From the NCBI GenBank assembly GCA_035480955.1, contig DATIHF010000006.1:11110-75109 (forward strand): a DNA stretch of 64,000 nt. The letters run 5' to 3'. This document shows positions 19,324 through 27,312 of this stretch, in pieces. The position numbers and the translations under genes were made by a program. Position 1 is the first letter of the stretch; each line of letters starts with the position of its first letter. This DNA is from Candidatus Saccharimonadales bacterium (GTDB taxonomy: Bacteria > Patescibacteriota > Microgenomatia > Woykebacterales > RBG-16-39-9b). The notes under the pieces were generated by a model. That model was not told the origin of the DNA and searched no databases. It saw only the letters and a program-made list of their open reading frames with translations.

Positions 19324-19755
19324 ATGATTAAAGGACTCGACGGTGTTACTATCGGAAGCAAAAATGCGACCGAATTAGCAAATTTCTACAAAGATAAAGT
19401 AGGTATTAAAATCAAAGAAGAATTCCAGATGGGTGAAAATCTCAATGCATTTGAGATGGACGCTGGTGAAGGCAGCAGCGTTATGATTATTGACATGCCC
19501 GATTATGCCGATAAAGCCTCCGAGGACAGTAGAGTTTGGCTAACTTTTGAGGTAGAGAATATCGAAAAATCAACCGAGGAGATCGATGGAAAAGGCGTCA
19601 AAAAGGTCAGAGACACTTTTCATATCGAAGGTTATGGGTATGTAACTACCTACTCAGACCCAGATGGCAACTCTTTTCAGATCGCCCAAGTGCGCGGTGG
19701 TGAAGAAGATCACAACGAGCATGACCATGATCACGAAGAAGGCCACGATCACTAA
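19324..19755 (+). CDS. VOC/glyoxalase family protein with His-rich tail
   Basis: FYKDKVG, LTFEVENIE, DPDGNSFQI; tail HNEHDHDHEEGHDH. Confidence 0.88.
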   Translation: MIKGLDGVTIGSKNATELANFYKDKVGIKIKEEFQMGENLNAFEMDAGEGSSVMIIDMPDYADKASEDSRVWLTFEVENIEKSTEEIDGKGVKKVRDTFHIEGYGYVTTYSDPDGNSFQIAQVRGGEEDHNEHDHDHEEGHDH

Positions 19756-19774
19756 AGATTAATTTAACTTAAAA

Positions 19775-20131
19775 ATGGCTTACATTGTCGCAGGACTTAT
19801 CGTCAATTCATTATCACTATATGTAGCTGATCTCCTCATTGATGGGATAAAAATTGAAAATTTTGGAGCACTTGTAGTTTCTGCGATTGCCATCGCAATT
19901 GTTAACACTTTCATCAAACCACTAGCTCATCTGATCGCACTACCGATCACAGTAATTACATTGGGCCTTTTCGCACTTGTGGTAAACACTGCAATGCTTG
20001 GGCTAGCGGCTTGGTTTGTACCTGGTTTTCACATCAACGGCTTTTTTGATGCTTTCTGGGGAGCAATCATAATCTCGCTCGTCAGCCGGATCCTCTCGCT
20101 CTTCTTTGAGCCAAAAAAAGCTACTGCCTAA
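19775..20131 (+). CDS. Phage holin family 4 / YvlD-like membrane protein
   Basis: VNTFIKPL...LPITVITLGLFALVVN...VPGF.I.GF..AFWGAII. Confidence 0.88.
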   Translation: MAYIVAGLIVNSLSLYVADLLIDGIKIENFGALVVSAIAIAIVNTFIKPLAHLIALPITVITLGLFALVVNTAMLGLAAWFVPGFHINGFFDAFWGAIIISLVSRILSLFFEPKKATA

Positions 20132-20148
20132 CTTTTTAAAAGTAATAA

Positions 20149-20700
20149 ATGAAAAGAAGACTTTTTGTTGCCCTACCTCTAACAGACTCACTCCTCAATA
20201 TTTTTCTTGATTATCAAAAAACTCTGCCAATAGATGCAGTCAGGGCAACCAAAAGGGAAAATCTGCATTTGACGCTGGCTTTCCTTGGTTATGTCGAGGA
20301 GTCTCACGTGGGTAAGATAGAGGAAATACTTGCCAAAATCGCTTCCTCAACCAAATCATTTTCACTGCAGTATCAGTTTATCGCTCTTGCACCACCTCAG
20401 ATTGAGCCGCGAATGATCTGGGGAAGATTTCATATCAACGATAATTATGAAAAACTGGTTAATGAGATTTTTGCCAATGCCGAGAGCTACATTACAGAAG
20501 AAACTCGGATAGAAAAGATCCCTCATGTGACCATAGCCCGCTTCCGCGAGGGACTGGTCAATAAAGACTTGGTGCTGCAGCAACCGCAAGTAGTCGAACC
20601 AAACCTAACAATAGGCTCGATGATTCTATTTGAATCACAACCTGATGGCGACGGTCCAGTGTATTTGCCACTAGCAACTTTCAAACTACAGGGGAACTAA
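20149..20700 (+). CDS. thpR: RNA 2',3'-cyclic phosphodiesterase (2H family)
   Basis: RLFVAL, HLTLAFLG, PHVTIAR, LFES...GPVY. Confidence 0.9.
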   Translation: MKRRLFVALPLTDSLLNIFLDYQKTLPIDAVRATKRENLHLTLAFLGYVEESHVGKIEEILAKIASSTKSFSLQYQFIALAPPQIEPRMIWGRFHINDNYEKLVNEIFANAESYITEETRIEKIPHVTIARFREGLVNKDLVLQQPQVVEPNLTIGSMILFESQPDGDGPVYLPLATFKLQGN

Positions 20701-21398
20701 GGCGCAATAGTGAGGTGAACGAAGCTTTCCGCGGAAGCAACTCCCATTTTCTCACCAGCAGAATGATCAAAATCTTCCATTTCTTCTTTCATCCCGTCAC
20801 TAAACTGACTGGTGTGTTTTTTTAGAAGTTCAAGCTTTTTTGAAGCGGCGTCTGAAATATCAACTGAATAGTTGGCTTTCTCAAAATTAAACAGGAAAAG
20901 ATGTTCGACTTTGTGAGAAGAATTATTTGGAAAAGTGAGGAAGTCTCTGGCCATTGGGTAAACACAATCCAGTACTGCCTGACCAATCGCTCGATGATCT
21001 GGGTGATTGATGAAATTTTTCTCAACCGTATAAACCAAAGTCGGATCCCAGGTGAAAACCGCGTCAGGCTGGTACTCGCGAATAATCTTTACTAATTTTT
21101 CTTTCAGCTCTTGAGTGTTTTCTAGATGTGCGTCAGGATAGTCGAGGAACCAGGTATTCTCGAGTCCTAGAAATTCTGAGGCTTCAAGTTGTTCTTTTTT
21201 GCGGAGTTGGACTAACGCTTCCCCTGTCACATTTTGATCATGAGTACCTTTATCACCATTGGTTGCAATGACAATCGCAGCTTTAGCTCCCTGATCAATC
21301 CATTTAATGAGCGTGCCGCCACAAGAAAAATCCGCATCATCGGCATGAGCGGTAATAATTAAAACCTTTTTATTTTTTGGGTCAAACTCATTTTCCAT
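20697..21398 (-). CDS. PIG-L family deacetylase
   Basis: AHADDAD, TNGDKG, HPDHRAIG, HTSQF. Confidence 0.92.
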   Translation of the reverse strand: MENEFDPKNKKVLIITAHADDADFSCGGTLIKWIDQGAKAAIVIATNGDKGTHDQNVTGEALVQLRKKEQLEASEFLGLENTWFLDYPDAHLENTQELKEKLVKIIREYQPDAVFTWDPTLVYTVEKNFINHPDHRAIGQAVLDCVYPMARDFLTFPNNSSHKVEHLFLFNFEKANYSVDISDAASKKLELLKKHTSQFSDGMKEEMEDFDHSAGEKMGVASAESFVHLTIAP

Positions 21399-21413
21399 TT
21401 TTCCAATTATACC

Positions 21414-22772
21414 TTATTCCACATTCGCACAAGCGATTTTTATTGCTTCAGAAAAAGTGGGGTAGGCGTGGATCATTTCCGCCACGTCACTAGCATTGGC
21501 TTTTAGCTTTATTGCTAAAGTAAGTTCATGAATCATTTCTCCGGCTGATGGTGCGACTATCGAAGCGCCGATCAAAATTCCTTTTTCATCAGTGACGACT
21601 TTAACAAACCCATCAAATTCTTCAGAGGTATTGGCTCGTCCAAGGATGGAAATGGGAACGATGGCTTTTTTGATTTTTATTTTTTTCTCCAGCGCCTCTT
21701 TCTCAGTCAGACCAACTGCTGCAATCTCCGGGGAAGTGAAAACACAGCGCGGAACCGCCGAATAGTCCAGTTTAATTTTTTTACTGTTGAAAATATTGTT
21801 GGCCGCGATGTAGCTTTGATAATTGCCGGTGTGAGTAAATTGGTAAGGACCGACGATGTCTCCGGCAGCGTAAATATTTGGAGTGGTGGTTAGGAGAAAT
21901 TCGTTCACCTTTATTTGTTTGGGGTTGTATTCGACTCCTGCTTTTTCCAGTTCAATGTCGAGCACTGGTTTTTTTCCTGAAGCAAGCAAAATCTCGTCGA
22001 CCTCGACTTTGTCCAGGTGCCCACCAATTTCGAAAGAAACGATCTTTTTGTGACCAGCTTTGCGCACTTCCATGACTTTTGTTCCAGTGAGTACTTTGAC
22101 CCCAGCTCGTTCGAATAAATCCGCAGAGAGTTCACCGACTTCTTTGTCCTCCCGTGCCATCAAAGAGGGGAGTGCTTCGGCTAGATAAACTTCGGAACCA
22201 AAGGTAGAGAAAATCTGGGTAAATTCGAGCCCAACCGCGCCGCCACCAAGGATAAAAATCGATTTGGGCAGATGGTCAAAATCCACTGCTTCTTTGAAAG
22301 TAGAGAACCCAGTTTCTTTTAGTCCCGGGATCGGTGGAACCAAAACTTCTGTTCCAGTCGCAATCAAAAAATTCTTTGCCGAGTAAGTTTTTCCGCCTGC
22401 TTCGACTTCATGCGGGGAAAGAAACCAAGCGCGCTCTTTGATCAAAGTAATCCCTGCGTTTTTGAAAGCTTCTTCGCCTTCGGCAGCTCCAGTCCGGGAA
22501 ACCACCAGGTTTTTCCAGGCTTTGATTTTTTGGTAGTGGATCGTCGTCCCGGTGACACTAACACCAAACTTCCCGGCAAATTTAATATGCTCTAGAGTAT
22601 CTGCGACACTAAGTAAGGCTTTGGTCGGCACACAGGCCCAGTTGGGACACTCGCCACCAACTTTCTCTTTTTCAAAAACTGCGACTTTTTTGCCCAAATT
22701 CGCAGCAAAGTCAGCTCCAACTGAGCCGCCAGCCCCAGAACCTATTACAATTAAATCAAAATCGTATTTCAT
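21414..22772 (-). CDS. Pyridine nucleotide-disulfide oxidoreductase (LpdA/MerA-like)
   Basis: GSGAGG, GGECPNWACVPTK, HAYPTFSEA. Confidence 0.92.
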   Translation of the reverse strand: MKYDFDLIVIGSGAGGSVGADFAANLGKKVAVFEKEKVGGECPNWACVPTKALLSVADTLEHIKFAGKFGVSVTGTTIHYQKIKAWKNLVVSRTGAAEGEEAFKNAGITLIKERAWFLSPHEVEAGGKTYSAKNFLIATGTEVLVPPIPGLKETGFSTFKEAVDFDHLPKSIFILGGGAVGLEFTQIFSTFGSEVYLAEALPSLMAREDKEVGELSADLFERAGVKVLTGTKVMEVRKAGHKKIVSFEIGGHLDKVEVDEILLASGKKPVLDIELEKAGVEYNPKQIKVNEFLLTTTPNIYAAGDIVGPYQFTHTGNYQSYIAANNIFNSKKIKLDYSAVPRCVFTSPEIAAVGLTEKEALEKKIKIKKAIVPISILGRANTSEEFDGFVKVVTDEKGILIGASIVAPSAGEMIHELTLAIKLKANASDVAEMIHAYPTFSEAIKIACANVE

Positions 22773-23479
22773 CCGAAATTAATTGTCCCGTTGGCGAGTA
22801 AAATTAAGATCCAACCCAGCGCAACTAAGAGCAATCCAATAAAAAGTCTCATGTAACCACGGGACTCTTGGCGCCATTTTGAGAGTGAACCCAAACTGGT
22901 ACCAAAAACAGCCAGGAACAAAATAATGATCAAAGGCGCGACAAAGACGAGATTGTAGAGGACTAGTAAACCTAGCGCGGCCGCGTCAAAATTGAGCGAG
23001 AGGATTGTCAGAATCGCCAGGTAAGGAGCCCCGGTACAAGGAAGCTCGACTGCCGCAACGAAAATTCCCAAAAGAATCACTCCAATCACAGTGGTATTTT
23101 TCGCGAAACCCTCGATTTTTTGAGATAAACTCACCGGAATCCCCAGAGAAAAGCCTCTCTGGTACCAGAAGAAATCTTTTATCTCAACTAGTCCTGCCAG
23201 AACAATCAAAATGCCAACTAGAATTGAAAGATACTCAGTCACAAAAAGAGGAATCGCTCCGAGAAAGTAAACCAAACCAAGTCCGGCAACCAGGTAGGTC
23301 GCGAAAACCGCAAAGATGTAAAGTCCGCCGAGCAAAAGCATTCGAGAGACGCTACGACCTGAGCTCATCAGCATGGAAATTAATAGAATTAAAACCCCAA
23401 TGGCGCAGGGGTTGACCCCATCGATTGCGGCGGACGAGAGTACCAGAGCTAGAGTAGGCAAGTGTGTCTCAATACCCAC
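22769..23479 (-). CDS. CcdA/DsbD-like cytochrome c biogenesis membrane protein
   Basis: DGVNPCAI and ELPCTGAPY cysteine motifs. Confidence 0.85.
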   Translation of the reverse strand: MGIETHLPTLALVLSSAAIDGVNPCAIGVLILLISMLMSSGRSVSRMLLLGGLYIFAVFATYLVAGLGLVYFLGAIPLFVTEYLSILVGILIVLAGLVEIKDFFWYQRGFSLGIPVSLSQKIEGFAKNTTVIGVILLGIFVAAVELPCTGAPYLAILTILSLNFDAAALGLLVLYNLVFVAPLIIILFLAVFGTSLGSLSKWRQESRGYMRLFIGLLLVALGWILILLANGTINFG

Positions 23480-24176
23480 GAATAAATTTTCCTTTCAAGA
23501 TGGCAACTTTATAGCTTTCGCAAAGATGATCACTCTTCAATTTAGTTTCCGCAAACTCGATTATCAAACAGTCTCCCGGTGGGACATTACTCTCCGGAGA
23601 GAGGATATAGTTGCCGATGTCAGAAAGTTTGGTCTGAGTGATATTTTTGCCCACTACTTTGTAAACAAATCCTTGAAGTTGTCCCTTCTTTCCATCAGGA
23701 CAGCTTTCCCCATCAACTACGATCAATTTCCCATTGTTAGTCGGAACAGAGAAGTAACCTTGATCAAGTCGACCACCGATCACACTGATGAAAGAGCCGA
23801 AGGAAACCTCGTTTTTGTTTAAAACAACACCTTCGACATGCAAACGGCTATCATTGTGCTCATGCACTAGAGGCGTTCCAATTTTGTTGGAAAAGCCTTT
23901 TGGATCCACCAGATTAACCTTTTGTCCACAGAGCCAAATTTCAAAATCCATGTGCCAGTGGACTGGGCCACTCGTTGCGGAAACGCTGTTGAGATAAACA
24001 GTTGAGAAAGCCAAGAAAAAGGTGGTGAGAAGAATCGTTGCCACTAAAAGAGCGAAAAAATATTTTTTGAGATTTTCTCGGTTTTTGGTGAGAACAATGG
24101 CAAGTAAGACAACGACAATTACCAGAAAGGTGAAGAAAATTAGCGCAATGGACCAGCTTTCGATCTGGGCAGACAT
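23469..24176 (-). CDS. Conserved hypothetical membrane protein (His-rich HWH/HEH motifs)
   Basis: Two TMs, GPVHWHMDF, VHEHND.RLHVEG. Confidence 0.75.
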   Translation of the reverse strand: MSAQIESWSIALIFFTFLVIVVVLLAIVLTKNRENLKKYFFALLVATILLTTFFLAFSTVYLNSVSATSGPVHWHMDFEIWLCGQKVNLVDPKGFSNKIGTPLVHEHNDSRLHVEGVVLNKNEVSFGSFISVIGGRLDQGYFSVPTNNGKLIVVDGESCPDGKKGQLQGFVYKVVGKNITQTKLSDIGNYILSPESNVPPGDCLIIEFAETKLKSDHLCESYKVAILKGKFIRGY

Positions 24177-24236
24177 TGCCTTAACTATAACAAAATAGGC
24201 ATCTAGAGGCTAGGCTAACCCTCTTATCATATAGTC

Positions 24237-24265
24237 TTGACTCAACGGTTGCTTGCTAGTATCCT
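24237..24265 (+). promoter_or_regulatory. Sigma70-type promoter driving the putative ncRNA
   Basis: TTGACT-17 nt-TATCCT. Confidence 0.7.
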
Positions 24266-24271
24266 TTTTCC

Positions 24272-24685
24272 TAAGGAGAGCGGTTGGGAGAATAGCGGGA
24301 TCCTGGCAGTTGCCATGCTTGGTCGAATGCCATCGTGGCCTACATGGACCGTTCTCCTTTTTCAGGTTGTCAATCGGGGGTAGGAGACCGAGCGACGAAT
24401 AATTTCCTCCTGCATGCCGAGGGAAGGATGATGACATATGGATGTGTCACACTAGCCTGCAAAGGCATCCAAGGTAGCCCAAGGGGAATAGCGAGCATTG
24501 AGTCTTGCTCGCGACGTGGTGTAGCCTCGGCAAAGTTCTCCGGCTGAGACGCACCAGGACCAAATGCCCTGAGGTCCTCGGGTGAAAGCTCGATCAAATA
24601 AACTCTGCGGTAGAAGTACTAATCGTTCACGTTCGTGCCAAGGCAGACCCCGTCTGACTCCTACCAGTCAGGGTCTGCCTCTTTT
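24272..24685 (+). ncRNA. Putative large structured ncRNA with tmRNA-like features
   Basis: GC-rich gap with no credible ORF, bounded by a promoter and a terminator; about 9 stems whose G-U pairs work on the + strand; GAAA tetraloop; long-range GGTAGGAG/CTCCTACC pairing. Confidence 0.7.
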
Positions 24686-24689
24686 ATTT
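24641..24689 (+). terminator. Intrinsic terminator of the ncRNA
   Basis: AGGCAGACCC...GGGTCTGCCT followed by CTTTTATTT. Confidence 0.7.
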
Positions 24690-24722
24690 GCAAAAGATCT
24701 CAATCTAGCTTAAAGTTTTACT

Positions 24723-24908
24723 ATGGACGAAACACACAATCTTCACCAAGCCGAAGGGGTCAAACACTTTTGCAAAAATTGCGGCAAAGAAGTCAAAGAG
24801 GGGACCCACTTCACCAAAGAGAACGAGAAATATTGCTGCGAGACTTGCTGCTCCCTTGGTCCACGCGAAGAGCTCCTCAAATCCGCCAACGTCTGCCAAT
24901 TCTGTTGA
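24723..24908 (+). CDS. Small Cys-rich metal-binding protein (TRASH/metallothionein-like)
   Basis: CKNC...YCCETCC...CQFC in 61 aa. Confidence 0.7.
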   Translation: MDETHNLHQAEGVKHFCKNCGKEVKEGTHFTKENEKYCCETCCSLGPREELLKSANVCQFC

Positions 24909-25060
24909 CAAGCAAGCTTACTTTTGCTAAATTAAAGCTAATGAAAACTAGAGTTTCATTCTTTAACTACTTTAAGTCCGCCGCAACCGGCGAGCTTGTC
25001 GTGGTCTAAAGAGAAACTTTAGTTCCAGTTGGCAAAGACTCGCTCAAGGGCGAGTTTTTT
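24905..25060 (+). promoter_or_regulatory. Promoter, leaderless 22-aa leader peptide (24941-25009) and terminator/antiterminator (attenuator-like)
   Basis: TTGACA-17-TAAATT with ATG 7 nt later; peptide MKTRVSFFNYFKSAATGELVVV*; terminator AAAGACTCGC-TCAAGG-GCGAGTTTTTT; 24989-25000 can pair with 25031-25044. Confidence 0.6.
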
Positions 25061-25079
25061 AGTGCGTTAGGAGAGCACT

Positions 25080-25343
25080 GTGGGAGAGAGCTTCGGTCAT
25101 CACATGCCCTATTGTATCCACAAGAAGCTACAGGACCGGCTGGAGAAACTGCAAGACAAACTCGACAAGCTCTGTGACAAGAGAGTCAAAAATATCAAAG
25201 ACACCGAGAGCTGCCTCAAAATCGCTTTTGAGATCGGACAGCAGAGAGTCAATCTGGTGAAAGGAAATTGTCCGGTGTGCGGGGTCAATCAAAATATAGA
25301 GGAGAAGAGCACTGAGAGGAGGGCAGCGAATTTTGTCGGGTGA
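25080..25343 (+). CDS. Small coiled-coil protein with CxH and CPVC motifs
   Basis: SD AGGAG + GTG; YCIH...CPVCG. Confidence 0.6.
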   Translation: MGESFGHHMPYCIHKKLQDRLEKLQDKLDKLCDKRVKNIKDTESCLKIAFEIGQQRVNLVKGNCPVCGVNQNIEEKSTERRAANFVG

Positions 25344-25509
25344 CCTGCAAACCAAATACTCGCCAAAGATCGAGCATCGGATCAGTTGCAAGAAAGAGGA
25401 TCTCGAACTACTCAAATATCCAAAACTGAGTAAGAAGTTGTTGAGATGCAAAAACTGCGGAAGAAAAGTACCTTACTTCTCTGACAACATCATGGAGCAG
25501 TTTGGATGA
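25333..25509 (+). CDS. 58-aa Zn-ribbon microprotein (below the ORF-track cutoff)
   Basis: SD GAGGAGG + TTG; MSGDLQTKYSPKIEHRISCKKEDLELLKYPKLSKKLLRCKNCGRKVPYFSDNIMEQFG*. Confidence 0.6.
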   Translation: MSGDLQTKYSPKIEHRISCKKEDLELLKYPKLSKKLLRCKNCGRKVPYFSDNIMEQFG

Positions 25510-25686
25510 GAATTTAAATGAGCACCGGCGTCTAGTCTGTGCTCTTTTTTTATTTTTTTTAACCAAGCAAGCACCAGTAAGATTCTAAAAGTTAGTTTTC
25601 TATCTATTTATACTGAGTTGACGAGCCCCCGCAGAATTGGTTAAAAATAGTCGAGGAGAAGGGGGACTTTCCGTCGGAGTTTTATC

Positions 25687-26094
25687 GTGTCTGCAGTAGC
25701 ACACACCAGCCTAAGCACCCGTCCTACACGTCACGAGATCACCACCCCAGAACACCGAAGAACACTCAAATCAATGCGACACAAAGACCACTGCAGGAGG
25801 GACAGAGCTCCACTGCTGCGGCGGTATCGTGACCACACTCTACTCATCTGCCGACGCTGCCGCGTCCGAACCGTCCAGATGAGTGCGGATGAGATTGCGG
25901 CCTCGAAGCTGATCATGCATCGACGCCCAGGGTGTTCCCAACTCTTTCCACCGAAGATCGGGTACGTCTACGGCGCCGGAAGATGCTTCATTTGCCAGGA
26001 ATGCCGACGAGCAGCACCTATCCCACCATTGAGTGAGTTGATAGTTGCAGAAGAGAGAGCATCAACAAAGAGAATTCCCCAACGGGCAGCCTAA
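25687..26094 (+). CDS. Basic protein with two HxxxC...CxxC Zn-ribbon units
   Basis: HKDHC...CRRC and HRRPGC...CQEC; own promoter TTGACG-17-TAAAAA, SD GGAG. Confidence 0.6.
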   Translation: MSAVAHTSLSTRPTRHEITTPEHRRTLKSMRHKDHCRRDRAPLLRRYRDHTLLICRRCRVRTVQMSADEIAASKLIMHRRPGCSQLFPPKIGYVYGAGRCFICQECRRAAPIPPLSELIVAEERASTKRIPQRAA

Positions 26095-26148
26095 CCAACT
26101 GCCCTTTTTCTTGCCTAAAAACTCTGCTTGGGTTATTATCTGCAAGTC

Positions 26149-27312
26149 ATGGAAACTATCATTTGTCCCCACTGCAAAAAAGAAGTCGAGCTCTCCAAAG
26201 CTCTCTTTCACGAAGTTGAAGAAAAAATTTCCCACGATCTGAAGGCAAATCAATCCAAAGAGATGGAGAAAATTCAAAAGGAAACTGAAGAGCGGGTCCG
26301 CTCTGAAGTAGAGAAAAGAACCGAGTTTCAACTAAAAAACCAAAGTAAAGAAACTGAAGAACTCAAAACCAAAAACGACAAACTTTACGCTGATCTACTG
26401 GAAATGAATAAAAATATCCGCGAGCTGAAAGAAGCAGAAAAGGACGCCAAACTCGAGCAAGAAAAAAGATTAAACGAACAACTGGAAAAGTTTTCCCAAG
26501 ATTTTGAACAAAAATCCAAGTTAGAGAAAATGGAGCTGGAAAAGAAATTAACCGACACCCAGAAAGCTCTGGAAGAAGCCCAAAGAAAAACCAAGCAGGG
26601 GAGTCAACAGCTCCAAGGTGAGGTGCTCGAACTCGACCTCGAAACTCAACTCCTGCAGGCTTTTCCTGATGATTTAGTCAAAGATGTTCCGAAAGGCATC
26701 CGCGGCGCCGACGTGGTGCAGTTTGTTCGCAACAAACAGGGCCGAGAGGCGGGTTCAATCATCTGGGAGGCCAAAAGAGCCAAGTGGAATCAAAACTGGC
26801 TCTCCAAATTAAAGGATGATATGCGCAGTGCTGGTTCCTCCGAAGCAGTGCTAGTCGTCGAGGATTTGCCGGACAAAGTAAAAAATTCTGGTCTGGTCAA
26901 TGGGGTTTGGGTGACTTCTTATCGAGATTTTTTGACGGTTGCCTCAACGCTGCGACTTTTGTTGATGAAGGTTGCTGCTGCCAAATCCGCGGCCGAGAAC
27001 AAAGACGAGCGGCTTGAGGATCTTTATCAATACATCACTTCAGACGGTTTTCGACACCGTCTCGAATCCCAAATTGAGAGTTTTATCGCTATGAAAACCG
27101 ATTTGGAAACTGAGAAAAGAGCGATGGAGCGGCTCTGGGCAAAAAGAGAAGTCCAGCTTTCCCGACTAGAGAAAAACACCAGCAATATTTTTGGGGAGCT
27201 GCAGGGGATCGCGGGAGAAAGTCTGGGAACCATCAAGTCCCTGCAGGGCCCAGAGGATTATTCGGAAGAAACCCAGGAAGAGCTTTTCACCGAGACACTC
27301 GCAGAGCATTGA
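26149..27312 (+). CDS. DUF2130 family protein
   Basis: ICPHCK N-terminus, coiled coil, QGSQQLQGEVLEL, GADVVQ, IIWEAKR. Confidence 0.9.
   Translation: METIICPHCKKEVELSKALFHEVEEKISHDLKANQSKEMEKIQKETEERVRSEVEKRTEFQLKNQSKETEELKTKNDKLYADLLEMNKNIRELKEAEKDAKLEQEKRLNEQLEKFSQDFEQKSKLEKMELEKKLTDTQKALEEAQRKTKQGSQQLQGEVLELDLETQLLQAFPDDLVKDVPKGIRGADVVQFVRNKQGREAGSIIWEAKRAKWNQNWLSKLKDDMRSAGSSEAVLVVEDLPDKVKNSGLVNGVWVTSYRDFLTVASTLRLLLMKVAAAKSAAENKDERLEDLYQYITSDGFRHRLESQIESFIAMKTDLETEKRAMERLWAKREVQLSRLEKNTSNIFGELQGIAGESLGTIKSLQGPEDYSEETQEELFTETLAEH

Noticed and set aside
19775-20131. Prophage suggested by a holin-family gene
   Set aside because: This family is common in chromosomes; there are no capsid, terminase or integrase genes.
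21414-22772. Mercuric reductase merA
   Set aside because: No C-terminal Cys-Cys pair and no mer operon.
24210-24597. Short ORFs 24210-24437, 24335-24547 and 24370-24597
   Set aside because: No RBS or protein-like features; better explained as chance frames over GC-rich structured RNA.
24272-24685. RNase P RNA, SRP RNA, group I/II intron, T-box or raiA-motif identity for the structured RNA
   Set aside because: Their signature sequences (GAGGAAAGTC, CAGG..GGAAG.AGCAG, GTGCG/domain V, GGTGGTACC, GTGGTTGAAAGTC) are not visible.
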